NCBI GenBank assembly: GCA_963769935.1
Contig: CAVYNY010000020.1
Location: forward strand, 224,001 to 288,000
Reading direction: 5' to 3'
Length of the DNA stretch: 64,000 nucleotides
DNA from: an uncultured delta proteobacterium
GTDB taxonomy: Bacteria; Desulfobacterota; Desulfobacteria; Desulfobacterales; JAFDCJ01
Part shown: positions 10,244-21,607 of the stretch, piece after piece
Numbering within the stretch: position 1 is the stretch's first letter
Layout: each line of letters opens with the position of its first letter
Position numbers and translations under genes: made by a program
Notes under the pieces: generated by a model
Database searches by the model: none
What the model was told of the DNA's origin: nothing
What the model saw: the letters and a program-made list of their open reading frames with translations, nothing else

Positions 10244-11245
10244 ATGAATAAGGTCCTGCTGGAGGTCCGCGATCTGCGCGTATACTTCCATGTCAAGGAA
10301 GGCGTCGCCCGGGCGGTCGACGGAGTTTCCTTCAAGCTCCGGCGGGGTGAAACCCTGGGACTGGTCGGGGAAAGTGGCTGCGGTAAGACCGTGACCTCGC
10401 TTTCGATTTTGAAACTGCTGGATGTCCCGCCGGCTGAATATCGGGGGGGAGAGATCCTTTTCGAAGGACGGGATCTGCTTAAAGCCGGCGAAAAGGAAAT
10501 GCGCCGGGTGCGGGGCAAGACGATTTCCATGATCTTCCAGGAGCCCATGACCTCGCTGAACCCGGTCTTGTCCATCGGCTTTCAGATTGCAGAGGTGCTG
10601 ACCACCCACCATAAAATGCGGCCGGCATCCGCCCGTGACCGCGCCGTTGAGTTGTTGACCATGGTGGGCATTCCATCACCCGAGCGACGGGTGGATGAGT
10701 ATCCGCACCAGCTGTCCGGCGGAATGCGGCAGCGGATGATGATTGCCATGGCGCTGGCCTGCAATCCCCAGGTGCTGATTGCCGATGAGCCCACCACGGC
10801 GCTGGACGTTACCATCCAGGCCCAGATCCTGGAGTTGATGAACCGGCTGCAGGCCGACCTGGGAGCCAGCGTTCTGCTGATCACCCATGACCTCGGGGTC
10901 ATTGCCGAGACGGCCCGGCGGGTGTCCGTCATGTATGCCGGCCGGATTGTCGAGGAGGCCGATGTAAAGACAATATTTAAATCCCCGGTCCATCCCTACA
11001 CCCAGGGGCTGCTGCAGTCCATACCCAGAATCGACGAGGAGCAGCGGCCGCATCGGCTGAGCGAAATACCCGGGCGGGTGCCGAACCTGTGTTTTTTGCC
11101 GCGCGGCTGTGCTTTTTATGACCGCTGCCCGATTCACATAGCGCAGTGCGTCGCGGAACGGCCTGAACTGCTGCCGGTGGAGGAAGGGCATCTGGCTGCC
11201 TGCTGGAGAGCCGAGGAGACCCTGAAAGGATCAAGCCTTGGCTGA
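10244..11245 (+). CDS. oppD: Peptide/nickel ABC transporter ATPase (OppD/DppD-like)
   Basis: [37 protein letters not shown]. Confidence 0.92.
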   Translation: MNKVLLEVRDLRVYFHVKEGVARAVDGVSFKLRRGETLGLVGESGCGKTVTSLSILKLLDVPPAEYRGGEILFEGRDLLKAGEKEMRRVRGKTISMIFQEPMTSLNPVLSIGFQIAEVLTTHHKMRPASARDRAVELLTMVGIPSPERRVDEYPHQLSGGMRQRMMIAMALACNPQVLIADEPTTALDVTIQAQILELMNRLQADLGASVLLITHDLGVIAETARRVSVMYAGRIVEEADVKTIFKSPVHPYTQGLLQSIPRIDEEQRPHRLSEIPGRVPNLCFLPRGCAFYDRCPIHIAQCVAERPELLPVEEGHLAACWRAEETLKGSSLG

Positions 11246-12203
11246 AGCGCTTATCGAAGTTGACGGACTCGTCAAGCATTTTGCGATCAAACGGGGTATT
11301 TTCTCCCGGGTGTCCGGTTATGTCCATGCGGTGGACGGCATCAGCCTGCGGGTGATGAAGGGCCAGACGCTGGGACTGGTCGGGGAAAGCGGCTGCGGTA
11401 AAACAACGGCCGGCAAAACGATCCTTAAACTGCTGGAGCCGACCGCCGGCACCATTCGATACAACGGGGACGATATCACCCACTACAAACGGTCGCAAAT
11501 GAAGGGGCTGCGGCGGGAAATGCAGATTATTTTTCAGGATCCGTTCTCCTCGCTGAATCCGCGCCATACGGTCAGTGCGATCATTGCCGCGCCTTTGGAA
11601 ATTCACAAGCTGGTCGATCCGTCGCAGAAGGAAGACCGGATCGCCGATCTATTGCGCAAGGTCGGTCTGTCGGCCGCCGCCATGCGACGCTATCCCCACG
11701 AGTTTTCCGGCGGTCAGCGGCAGCGAATCGGCATTGCCCGGGCGTTGGCGGTGAACCCCCGGCTGATTGTGGGCGATGAACCGGTTTCGGCGTTGGATGT
11801 ATCCATTCAGGCTCAAATTTTGAACTTACTGGAAGACCTGCAGGATGAGCTGGGTCTGACTTACCTCATGATTGCCCATGATTTGAGCGTCATCCGTCAC
11901 ATCGCCGATGTCATCACCGTCATGTACCTGGGTAAAATCGTTGAAACCGCCGCGAACAGGGAGCTATACCGGCATCCGCTGCATCCCTACACCCAGGCCC
12001 TGCTCTCGGCCGTGCCGATACCCGACCCGGAGCACAAGCCGCAGCGGATGATTCTGAAGGGCGACGTACCGTCTCCGATTCGGCCGCCGGCGGGCTGCCG
12101 CTTTCATCCGCGCTGCCCGCAGCGGTTTGAGCCTTGCGACAAAATAGAGCCCGAGTTCAAGATCGTTGAAGACGGCCACGGCGTTGCGTGTCATTTATAC
12201 TAG
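11238..12203 (+). CDS. oppF: Peptide/nickel ABC transporter ATPase (OppF/DppF-like)
   Basis: [34 protein letters not shown]. Confidence 0.92.
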   Translation: MAEALIEVDGLVKHFAIKRGIFSRVSGYVHAVDGISLRVMKGQTLGLVGESGCGKTTAGKTILKLLEPTAGTIRYNGDDITHYKRSQMKGLRREMQIIFQDPFSSLNPRHTVSAIIAAPLEIHKLVDPSQKEDRIADLLRKVGLSAAAMRRYPHEFSGGQRQRIGIARALAVNPRLIVGDEPVSALDVSIQAQILNLLEDLQDELGLTYLMIAHDLSVIRHIADVITVMYLGKIVETAANRELYRHPLHPYTQALLSAVPIPDPEHKPQRMILKGDVPSPIRPPAGCRFHPRCPQRFEPCDKIEPEFKIVEDGHGVACHLY

Positions 12204-12260
12204 TGATAGAAGCGGGAGGCCGGCGGCGCAAAAATCAGGATCGGCCGCAGGAGGTTAGCG

Positions 12261-13214
12261 GTGCTACAATACATCATCAAACGGGTTCTACAGGCCATAC
12301 CGCTTCTGATCGGTGTATCGATCATCGGTTTTTCCATGATGCACCTTGCACCCGGGGGACCGCTGGCCGTTTACACCCTTAATCCGACCATTACCGCCCA
12401 GGACATCGAACGGATCAAACAGGTATTCGGCCTCGACCAGCCGCTTCACATTCAATACTTTAAGTGGGCGTACGGTATTTTTACCGGCAACTGGGGCTAT
12501 ACCTTTTTCGGCGGCCGGCCGGTTCTGAACGTGATCCTGGAGCGGTTTCCGGCAACCCTTTTACTGATGGGGTCGGGAATGTCCCTGGCCATCATCCTCG
12601 GCATGCTGATCGGTATTCTGGGTGCGGTCCGGCGCTACTCGATTTTCGACTACCTGGCGACCAGCGGGGCCATGGTGGCGCTTTCCTTTCCGACATTCTG
12701 GTTCGGGCTGATGACCATATTCTTATTTTCACTAAAGCTCGGCTGGCTGCCGTCCGGCGGCATGTACACCCTGGGCGGGGAAGAAGGCATCCTGGATATT
12801 TTAAAGCATTTAATCCTGCCCACGGTGGTCCTGGCTCTGGTGCTCGTGGCCCAATGGAGCCGCTATTCACGCTCCAGTTTCCTGGAAGTCATTCATCAGG
12901 ACTACATTCGAACCGCCAAATCCAAGGGGCTTTCCGGGGGCCGCATTCTGTTTCGCCATGCGTTCCCCAACGCCGTGGCACCTTTGATTGCGCTGGCCGG
13001 AATCCAGCTTCCCTGGCTTTTCTCGGGTGCCCTGGTGACCGAAACCATTTTTGGATGGCCGGGGATGGGGCGCCTGTTTGTCGATGCGCTGACAATGAAA
13101 GAATACCCCGTGCTGATGGGCATGGTCATGATTACGGCCATATTTGTAATTATCGGCAATCTTTTGGCCGACCTAATGAATGCGCTCATCGATCCGCGGA
13201 TAAGATTGCAATGA
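12261..13214 (+). CDS. oppB: ABC transporter permease (OppB/DppB-like)
   Basis: FGLDQP, DYIRTAKSKGL, ETIFGWPGMG, IDPRI. Confidence 0.92.
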   Translation: MLQYIIKRVLQAIPLLIGVSIIGFSMMHLAPGGPLAVYTLNPTITAQDIERIKQVFGLDQPLHIQYFKWAYGIFTGNWGYTFFGGRPVLNVILERFPATLLLMGSGMSLAIILGMLIGILGAVRRYSIFDYLATSGAMVALSFPTFWFGLMTIFLFSLKLGWLPSGGMYTLGGEEGILDILKHLILPTVVLALVLVAQWSRYSRSSFLEVIHQDYIRTAKSKGLSGGRILFRHAFPNAVAPLIALAGIQLPWLFSGALVTETIFGWPGMGRLFVDALTMKEYPVLMGMVMITAIFVIIGNLLADLMNALIDPRIRLQ

Positions 13215-14161
13215 TGACTGATTCAAACCAGACCAAAATCGATGGGACCGGGGACGCCGAACCTGGCGACGGCCGGGAGCACGCTCCCGTCGCGGGGCTG
13301 ACCATCCACTATTATGAGAGCCAGAGCCGGCGGATCTGGCGGCGGTTTTTACAGCACCGGCTGGCCGTGGCGGGCGGCGGCGTGGTGATCATGCTGCTGC
13401 TTATGGCGCTGCTGGCCGGTTTTATCTCGCCGCACGACCCCCTGGCCCTGGACACGCAGCGACGGTTTATCCCCCCATTGAAGGAGTCGAATTATTTTCT
13501 GGGAACCGATGAAATGGGGCGGGATTTGCTGAGCCGGCTTTTCTACGGCGGCCGCATCAGCCTGGTGGTCGGCGTGGCCGCCATGTTTGCCACGATCGTG
13601 ACCGGTCTGACCATCGGACTGATATCCGGTTTTTACGGCGGCAAAGTGGACATGATCCTGATGCGCTTCACCGACACGATGCTCTGCTTTCCGCAGGTGT
13701 TTCTGCTGCTGGTGCTGGCGGCCTTTATTACCCCGACGGTGATTTCCATCGCTCTGATTATCGGACTGACATCCTGGATGGAGGTGGCCCGTATCATTCG
13801 CGCTCAGATCCAGTATGTCAAAGAGCAGGATTTCGTGCAGGCGGCGTTTGCACTGGGCGCCTCGGAAATGCGCATTATGTTCAAAGAGCTGCTGCCCAAT
13901 GCCCTCGCACCGGTCCTGGTATCCGCGACCCTCAATGTCGCCAATGCGGTGCTCATGGAGTCGTATATCAGCTTTTTGGGGTACGGCATTCAGCCGCCGC
14001 TGGCCAGCTGGGGCAATATGTTGACCAACGCCCAGTCTTACTTTGATTTGGCCCCCTGGCTGGCCATTTTGCCCGGGGCCATGATCACCTTGACGGTGAT
14101 GAGTTTTAATTTCCTGGGAGACGGTCTGCGCGACGCCCTGGATCCCAGGCTGAGAATGTAG
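13211..14161 (+). CDS. oppC: ABC transporter permease (OppC/DppC-like)
   Basis: LGTDEMGRD, FVQAAFALGAS, SWGNML, NFLGDGLRDALDP; ATGA overlap with oppB. Confidence 0.92.
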   Translation: MMTDSNQTKIDGTGDAEPGDGREHAPVAGLTIHYYESQSRRIWRRFLQHRLAVAGGGVVIMLLLMALLAGFISPHDPLALDTQRRFIPPLKESNYFLGTDEMGRDLLSRLFYGGRISLVVGVAAMFATIVTGLTIGLISGFYGGKVDMILMRFTDTMLCFPQVFLLLVLAAFITPTVISIALIIGLTSWMEVARIIRAQIQYVKEQDFVQAAFALGASEMRIMFKELLPNALAPVLVSATLNVANAVLMESYISFLGYGIQPPLASWGNMLTNAQSYFDLAPWLAILPGAMITLTVMSFNFLGDGLRDALDPRLRM

Positions 14162-14279
14162 CCTGGGAGGTAAAGTCAAAGCCTGACCTTCCGGCCAGGA
14201 TTTTAAACCTGATGCGCTGAACTCGGCTGACGGCATTCATTGCGCCATACCAGCCACAACCTTGAAAAGGAGAATTGCT

Positions 14280-15917
14280 ATGGAACGAAAAGGAATGACC
14301 AGACGTGATTTTATCAAGACCACCGGGGCCTTGACGGCTTTCGCTGCGGCGGCCGGCATGGGCATCCCCCGGCGGGCCTGGGCCGGGAAAAACAACGTTA
14401 TCATCGGCATGACCCAGGAGCCGGTCAACTTCAATGCCCTGCTGTATGTCAATTCCGGCACCGAAGAAGTTCCGGAAGCCTGCATTTTCGATGCCCTGTG
14501 GGACGTGAACGACAAGGGCGAATTCATACCGAATCTGGCCGTCCGCGTGCCGACCCTGGAAAACGGCGGCATCTCCCCGGACGGACTGGTCTGGAAGATC
14601 GAGCTGAAAAAGGGCGTCAAGTGGCAGGACGGCGCCCCGTTTACGGCCAAAGATGTTGAGTTCACTTACCAGACCATCGTCAATCCCAAAGTGGCCATCC
14701 GCTCGCGGTCGGGATTCGACCTGATCTCCGAATTTAAAATCATCGACGACTACAATGCGGAGATCCATCTTGCCAAGCCGTTTGTGCCGTTTGCCTGGGC
14801 CTGGCAGAAAATGCACATTGTCCCCGAACACATTCTGGCCAAAGTCCCGGACATCAACACGGCGCCGTACAACACCAACCCAATCGGGACCGGGCCTTAC
14901 AGACTGGTCAAACGGGTCGCCGGCAGCCACATGGTGTACAACCGCAACATGGAATACCATCGCGGTGCCCCGGCCATTGAAACGGTAATTCACAAATTCG
15001 TGCCCGATCAGACCGTGCTCTACACCCAGTTTAAAACCGGTGAGATCGATGTGCTCGGCCTGCACGGCGTGCCGCCCGAAAGGTTTGAAGAATCCCGCCA
15101 CCTGCCGGGCCTTGACGCGCTCGAGACCCCCGCGCCCTGGGTCGAGTTTATCTATTTCAACTGCGGCAAACCCCAATTCGAGGAAAAAGTCGTGCGCCAG
15201 GCGCTTTACTATGCCGTGGACAAGGAAAAGTGGATCAAGGACATCTACTACGGTCTGCCGCCCCGCACGCTGTCCTATCTGCACCCGAATCACTGGGCTT
15301 ACAATTCCAATCTGAAAGACCCCGGCTTCGATCCGGGACGTGCGGCCGAGATGCTCGATGCCGCCGGCTGGAAGAAGGGCTCCGACGGCATCCGCGAGAA
15401 AAACGGGGTCAAGCTGAAGTTCTCCATGTCCACCACCGCCGGCTCCAAAGCCCGCGAACAGGCCGAGGCCATGGTCCAGGCCAACTGGAAGGAAATCGGC
15501 GTGGCCATGGAAATCAAAAACATGCCCGCCTCAGTGGTCTGGGGCGAGTACACCACCAAGAGCCAGTTCGACACCCTGATGGTCGGCTGGGAGCCCACTG
15601 TGGGCATGGATCCGGACTACACCGCCCGCTGCCATTCCAAGCAGATCCCCGCCAAGTACGGCACCGGTTCGAATTATGTGCAGTATGAAAATCCCGCGTT
15701 GGACAAACTGCTGGAAGAAGGCGTGCTCATATCCGACATGCAGAAGCGTAAAGCCGTCTACGACAAAATACAGGCCATCCTGGCCGATGACGTCCCCTTC
15801 GCGCCGATCTTCGCCTACACGTTCATGTATGGCAAAAAGAGCGATCTGCAGGGATATAAAATCAACCCCTATGTGACCGACATTACCTGGAACATCCAGG
15901 ACTGGTCGTGGTCATAA
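14280..15917 (+). CDS. Family-5 substrate-binding protein with Tat signal
   Basis: TRRDFIK twin-arginine motif; GVKWQDGAPFTAKDV, PIGTGPY, VRQALYYAVD. Confidence 0.92.
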   Translation: MERKGMTRRDFIKTTGALTAFAAAAGMGIPRRAWAGKNNVIIGMTQEPVNFNALLYVNSGTEEVPEACIFDALWDVNDKGEFIPNLAVRVPTLENGGISPDGLVWKIELKKGVKWQDGAPFTAKDVEFTYQTIVNPKVAIRSRSGFDLISEFKIIDDYNAEIHLAKPFVPFAWAWQKMHIVPEHILAKVPDINTAPYNTNPIGTGPYRLVKRVAGSHMVYNRNMEYHRGAPAIETVIHKFVPDQTVLYTQFKTGEIDVLGLHGVPPERFEESRHLPGLDALETPAPWVEFIYFNCGKPQFEEKVVRQALYYAVDKEKWIKDIYYGLPPRTLSYLHPNHWAYNSNLKDPGFDPGRAAEMLDAAGWKKGSDGIREKNGVKLKFSMSTTAGSKAREQAEAMVQANWKEIGVAMEIKNMPASVVWGEYTTKSQFDTLMVGWEPTVGMDPDYTARCHSKQIPAKYGTGSNYVQYENPALDKLLEEGVLISDMQKRKAVYDKIQAILADDVPFAPIFAYTFMYGKKSDLQGYKINPYVTDITWNIQDWSWS

Positions 15918-15965
15918 AAACATCACGGTCGCCTGTTCTATATTGTTCGTGAAGTTGTCCTGTAA

Positions 15966-16002
15966 AAAACGGCTGCGGGAACTTCGTTCCCGCAGCCGTT
16001 TT
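15966..16002. terminator. Bidirectional rho-independent terminator
   Basis: aaaacggctgcgggaac-ttc-gttcccgcagccgtttt perfect hairpin between convergent genes. Confidence 0.85.
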
Positions 16003-16130
16003 GTTTAATGCGGGCAGATTGCAGGTCGGCTGCTGCTGAACCACCCAAAAAGTAATCCGGGGGAAATCCATGTATCAGGCGGCTTTGGGCGGGCTTCGGT
16101 CATTAAGAAGGCAGGCGTATGATTCTGGCC

Positions 16131-16904
16131 TTATTCGGCCGCCGGAAGACTGAATGAGAAGCAGGCACCCTTCCCCAGCTCGCTTTCACACCGGATTGAC
16201 CCGCCCAGAAGGTCGATCAATTCCTTGGCCACCGCCAGGCCGTAGCCGGTTGCAGGCTCGTCGCCGGTCGGCACACTGCTGAGGGTGACGCCTTTTTGAA
16301 ATAAGCCGGCCTGGTCCTGGGCACTCAAGCCCGGCCCGCCGTCCCTGACGCTGCATTCGACCACCTTTGATGATTCATCGATGGTCACCAGAATCTCGCG
16401 TTCATGGTATGAATACTTGACGGCATTTGAAAGCAGGTTGTCCATAACGGCGGCCACGGCCACCCGGTCGGCCCGGACATAGGCCGGGTCCGCCTTGGAT
16501 TCCAATTTGATTCGAATCTGTTTTTGACTTGCCAGAAGCTGGTAATAGTTGCACGCGCGCCGGACCAATCTGGAGAGGTCAAATCTTTCGAAGGTTAGTT
16601 CGGGATTTTTTCGAATGGTGGCATCATTCATCAGTTCTGCCACAATATGTGACATGAGGCGGGCGGTGCGCTTGAGACCTTTAAGCCAGTCCTGGACCTG
16701 TTGATCCGGATAATCCTTTAGTGAGATCCGCAATAAATCGGTGGTCGCGGTGGTAACGCTTAAAAAATTATTCAGGGCATGAGCCGAAAATGCAACCGAA
16801 GTGGGATCGAAGGAGGGTATTTTTTGAAGATCCCCCAGTGCGCGCTCTAAATCCGCTTTGGCGTGTAAAATGGCGGCGGAAATCTTATCCTTGGCTTCAC
16901 TCAT
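16131..16904 (-). CDS. Sensor-less histidine kinase (HisKA-HATPase_c)
   Basis: AHALNN H-box, NLLSNAVKYS, DGGPG, GYGLAV, GACF. Confidence 0.85.
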   Translation of the reverse strand: MSEAKDKISAAILHAKADLERALGDLQKIPSFDPTSVAFSAHALNNFLSVTTATTDLLRISLKDYPDQQVQDWLKGLKRTARLMSHIVAELMNDATIRKNPELTFERFDLSRLVRRACNYYQLLASQKQIRIKLESKADPAYVRADRVAVAAVMDNLLSNAVKYSYHEREILVTIDESSKVVECSVRDGGPGLSAQDQAGLFQKGVTLSSVPTGDEPATGYGLAVAKELIDLLGGSIRCESELGKGACFSFSLPAAE

Positions 16905-16946
16905 TTTAAAGTCCCCTGTTGATAGCCGTTGTTTCCATAAAAAAAT

Positions 16947-19608
16947 TTAAGACTCACTTCGTCCGGCGCTGACCATCTGGGCCAGCGACCGGGCCATATT
17001 GTCCAGGAACGCTTCATCCGGAAGCGAAATCGTCATTTTCAAGGTGCCGTCGTCCGCTTTTTCCATGCAATCGCTCAATTTGGCTTTGAAGGCACCGGCC
17101 AGCTGCGTCATTTCTTCCGATTCCTCCCTGGCTGAAAACATTTCACCGATAAACGCAAAGGCCGCCCCCATCAGTTTTCCGCCGGCCGCGGCGATTTTTT
17201 CTTTTCTGGCCAGTGCTTCGGCCTCCTTCTCAACCTGTTGCCGCATGCTTTCATCTTCGGCGGCATCCGGTTTTTCTCCCAGCAGAACCTCCAGTCTTCG
17301 TTTGAGCTCTTCCATGCCGGTGGCCATGTCAACCTTTGTCAGCTCGCAATCCGGATCGAGCACGGCCTGGGCAAGTTCATGCTTGGCGGAAAGCGTTGCC
17401 AGCAGGTTTTCTTCCAGGGTGTTTTCGGTCACCAGCAGATAGACCTGCACCGGCCGTTTCTGACCCATGCGATGCGCCCGACCGATGCGCTGCTCCAGGA
17501 CGGCCGGATTCCATGGCAGATCGACATTAATGACCGTATTGGCGGCCTGCAGGTTCAATCCGGTGGAACCGGCATTGGTGGTAATAAACAACCTGCAATC
17601 GGGGTCATTCTGAAACCGGTGCATGAGCGCCTGGCGCTTTTTTTGAGGCACGGACCCGTCCAGTCTGACATAATTCAGCTGCTGCTTTTCCAGAATCGGT
17701 TCGATCAGATTCAGCATGGTGGTCCATTCGGAAAACAGGACAACTTTGCGATCATCCTCCGCCATGAGCTGCTCCAGCAGTTGGCTGAGTTCGGCCAATT
17801 TGCTGGAGTACCCCGGCGGCTGCTTGTCCACTAAGAAGGTGCTGTCGGCGCACATCCGGCACATCAGCAGCGCTTTTTGCAGCCGGAGCAGATCCATTTC
17901 CGTCAGATATCTTTTCTGGATAATGGTCTGAATAATCTGGCGGTGTCCTTTCTGCAAATCAAGCTGCTCTTCGGTCGGCGGAATTCTTAAGATTTGATTG
18001 GTGCGCGGCGGCAGGTCTTTAATCACCTGCTGGCGGGTGCGTCGCAGCATGATCGGTTTGAGCTGATCTCTTAATGTATCAAGATTTTTGTAGCCTAGCA
18101 GTTTGCCTTTTTCATCGACCACCCGGTGGCGGTTGAAAAACCGAAATGCCGGTCCCAGCCTGCGATCGTCGATGAATTCCACCACCGAAAAAAGCTCGTC
18201 AATGCGGTTTTCAAGGGGCGTTCCCGAAAGCACCAGGGCAAAGGGGGATTTTAACGCCTTGATGACCCGGCTGGTTTTGGCCTCCCAGTTTTTGATGCGC
18301 TGGCCTTCGTCCAGGATAATCAGGTCCCACCGGACACGCTCGATCGACAGAAAATCACGCAGCACCTGCTCGTAGTTGCAGACCGTAAAAAAGCTGTCGC
18401 TTTCATACTGCGCCGGTCGATCCTTGGCACTTCCCAGAATAAGCCGGCAGCTGCGGTTGCTGAACCGCTTGATCTCGATGCGCCACTGCGATTTCAGGGA
18501 AGCCGGACAGATCACCAGCACCTTGGTGATGGTCGCATGCCGGGACAGCAGTTCGGCCACCCCGATGCCCTGGATGGTTTTGCCCAGACCCATGTCGTCG
18601 GCCAGGACCGCCCGGCCGGCCCCGGCGGCAAAGGCCACCCCGTCCAGCTGGTAGGGCAGCAATTCGGCTTTGAGCAGGGTCCGCCGCAGGGGATGCGTTT
18701 TCGGGTTTTCACGAATCCCGGCCACACTTTCGCCCATGCGCTCCTGGAACAGCTTGTGGTTGATGTATTCTTCGGCATCCGGATAAACCGTTACCGGGGC
18801 ATCCAGGTTCTCAAGCCGCCGGATGCAGTGGATCAGGCTTCTTTTACATTTTTAATTGCTGTGTCTCTGAAGGGTTTGACCAGCTTTGAGATTTCCGGGA
18901 TCAAGATTGTCCGGAATCAGCATGCCGAGCTGCAGCTGCTCGGCCGTAGCGCAGGTAAACACAGAGGTCATTGATTTCGGCCGGCGTTTCTCTGACGGTC
19001 TTGTTGAATTTTTTCCGGACCTGTCCAAGGCGCAAATGATGTGCTTGCAGGTGCCGAGCGTATTTTTGCGGAAATCCGGACACGAACAGTATGACTCGCC
19101 CAATTCCCAGCCCCGCAGGGCGATGCGATAACTTTTGCCGGAAACCTGACTGGTAAGGATATATTCGGTCCACAAGGCGCCTGGATCGAGCGATTGCAGT
19201 CGCATTTTTTCGGTTTGCGCTCTTTGTCTCCGATCGGCAAGTGCTTCTTCGACCAGGGCTTCGTCGCTCAGGCTCTCCATGGGGATTCTTTCAGGCGGCG
19301 GCGCCGCAAGCCCCAGCGTCAGTTTTTCCTCTAAAATCAGAGATAGGGCCGCCCCCTGATGTTCACAGGCACCGGGACAGACGCTGCAGTGAATGTTCAA
19401 ACGCTGCGCTTTTTGGGGATCGAGGCGGATGGAGACCTCTGGCCTCTTCGAGGTTCAGCCTGAAATGCTCGTTGTTGAAAGTTACCTGCTCAAACACGTC
19501 AATCTCATATTTACCGCCTTCCAAAATCAATTGCTTTCCTTGTGGGCCCAGCAGCTTGCAGGCTTGCGCATAAGAAAGACGAGACAGCTTATCTTTCAAT
19601 GTTATCAT
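16947..19608 (-). pseudogene. SWIM-finger SNF2/DEAD-like helicase, several frameshifts in the 5' third
   Basis: CSCPDF...CKH SWIM; LADDMGLGKT, ILDEGQ, SGTPLEN, GLNLQ, WNP, QRIGRAHR; the N-terminus continues across ORFs 19363-19608, 18852-19400, 18901-19173 and 16947-18737. Confidence 0.85.
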
Positions 19609-19827
19609 GGTGACCTGTTCCTTATTTATATCGGCATGATTGTTGATTGTACGTCGTCGGTGTCTGCAGGATCGTATGTCCGGTCGGAGAACTTCTTTAA
19701 TTATCCCTCGGATTGTTTTCTGTCAACCTTGAACCGCATCAAAATTCGGCTACGAAGACACACGGGCTATAGGAAGTGCTAACTCATTGACTTTATGTAA
19801 TTTCTAATCTATTCTAACCTTGAATGG

Positions 19828-19911
19828 GTTTGCCGGTTGGCCCGTTTGCCGGAGTGCCGGTTTACTGAAACGGGTCAACGGGCCCACGGGCTAACGGACT
19901 AACCGACCAAC
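19828..19911. repeat. Inverted 8-mer arrays, 5+5 units around a 4-nt loop
   Basis: gtttgccg gttggccc gtttgccg gagtgccg gtttactg / gggtcaac gggcccac gggctaac ggactaac cgaccaac. Confidence 0.8.
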
Positions 19912-19924
19912 GAGGACGACAGCC

Positions 19925-21436
19925 ATGTCAAACGAAGTATCCCATCTGACGATCACCGTTGATAAGAGTCATATTTTAAGCCTGGGCGAGCGGCTGTACG
20001 AGCAGAGCATCGAGCTGATCCGCGAACTGGTCAATAATGCCTACGATGCCGATGCCACGCGGGTGGATGTGACGGTCTCCGGCAAGGAGATTGTTGTGGC
20101 AGACAACGGCGATGGAATGGATATGACAGGACTTGAGCAATACTTCAATGTCGGTTCCGACGCCAAACTGCTTCATCCCAAATCTCCCCGGTTCGGCCGC
20201 GACCGCATCGGCCAGTTCGGCATCGGCAAGTTTGCAAGTCTGGCGGCCGCTTCCCGCTTTGAAATTACAACCCAGAAAGAAGCGTTTTGCGCCCGGGTCG
20301 TATTCGACCGAACCCGCTGGCTGGGACAGGGCGACTCCTGGGTGATCCCCCTTACGCGCCTGGAGCCTGATGCCGACCGGGGCAATGGGACCACCGTGCG
20401 CCTGGTAGATCTTAAAAGGATCTTCAAACCGGAGGACGTTACCCGGCGAATTGCCGAAGGTGTGCCGATCCGGGCCAAAAATTTTGCGGTTTACGTCAAC
20501 CGATATCGGGTGACGCCGCACCGATGGTCGGGCAACCGTATGCCGGTGATGGAAGGTACCCCTCACGGCATTATTCATGGAGAAATAGTGATTCTACCGG
20601 CTTCCCAGGCGTCCACCGAAAATATGGGAATCGAAATCAAGGTCAAGGGGGTCACGGTGCGGCGGGAGCTTTTCAATATCGCTGCCTGGGGCAAGGCCGC
20701 CACCCGCATCCGAGGAGAAATTCATGCCGATTTTCTGCCTTTGACCAGCGACCGGTCCGGATTTTTGGAGGACACCCCGCAATTTGAGGCTTTTCTGAAA
20801 GGCATGCAGAAAACAATTGCCGACGTTGAGAAGGTTTACCGGCAGCTGGCCTCCAAGAAGGAAAATCAAAAGGTCAGCCGGGCACTCAAGGAAGCGTTGC
20901 AGCGCGTTTATCAGGCGCTGTCCCTGAACCCGGAACTTTCCCCCTTCGGGGTTGTTCCGTTGGCGGAAAAAGGCCGCCCGGGCGTCGGCGAGACCGCCGT
21001 GGAATCCGGCTCGACGAACCAGGCGCCTGAGCAGATTAAGCCGCACGACGAGACCCGGCCGGATTCAGATCAGGGGAATGAACCATCCGCAGATGCGGAG
21101 GAGAAACCAAAAAAGGTGCGCAAGCCTTCTCTCAGAATTGCCACGCCGAACGCGGTGGTAAAAAGGCTCAAGTTCGGGGATACGGGTGTTACCTGCTGTC
21201 TGGATCACCTGGGGGAGGACGGACCGGAGTGTATTACGGAGGGAACGATCATTTATATCAACCGGGATCACCCTTTGTACAAACGCGAGTCCAAGAAAAA
21301 GGAAGCCCACATCCTGAACATCGCCCGTCTGATTACCCAGGAGATATCCCTGATGAAAGATTCGGCCAATCCGCGCGAGGCTTTCAACCGCCAGTCCAAA
21401 CTTCTGCGGGATGCCTTCAGAGACGCAGATGATTAG
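19925..21436 (+). CDS. GHKL ATPase of MORC/HATPase_c_3 type
   Basis: IRELVNNAYDADA, DNGDGM, GQFGIGK, GTTV; later LTSDRSGF (S5-like) and IYINRDHP. Confidence 0.85.
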   Translation: MSNEVSHLTITVDKSHILSLGERLYEQSIELIRELVNNAYDADATRVDVTVSGKEIVVADNGDGMDMTGLEQYFNVGSDAKLLHPKSPRFGRDRIGQFGIGKFASLAAASRFEITTQKEAFCARVVFDRTRWLGQGDSWVIPLTRLEPDADRGNGTTVRLVDLKRIFKPEDVTRRIAEGVPIRAKNFAVYVNRYRVTPHRWSGNRMPVMEGTPHGIIHGEIVILPASQASTENMGIEIKVKGVTVRRELFNIAAWGKAATRIRGEIHADFLPLTSDRSGFLEDTPQFEAFLKGMQKTIADVEKVYRQLASKKENQKVSRALKEALQRVYQALSLNPELSPFGVVPLAEKGRPGVGETAVESGSTNQAPEQIKPHDETRPDSDQGNEPSADAEEKPKKVRKPSLRIATPNAVVKRLKFGDTGVTCCLDHLGEDGPECITEGTIIYINRDHPLYKRESKKKEAHILNIARLITQEISLMKDSANPREAFNRQSKLLRDAFRDADD

Positions 21437-21607
21437 CCTTGGTGTCGACTTGCCAGGTACCGGCTCTGTGAGGCCCGGAATAAATTCCATGCAAACATTT
21501 TTTCAATTGGTTAAATTCGAGGAGAAAACCGCGAATCTTTTCAGGGTGGGCAGAGTACCGGGGCTTCGTCGGCTTTTAGTTCGCGTCATGTTCTGCTGCT
21601 GTTGACC

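Noticed and set aside
9848..14236. Long 5' extensions and antisense ORFs (e.g. 9848, 12464, 13349 starts)
   Set aside because: Shadow frames of GC-rich genes; real starts are at 10244 and 13211
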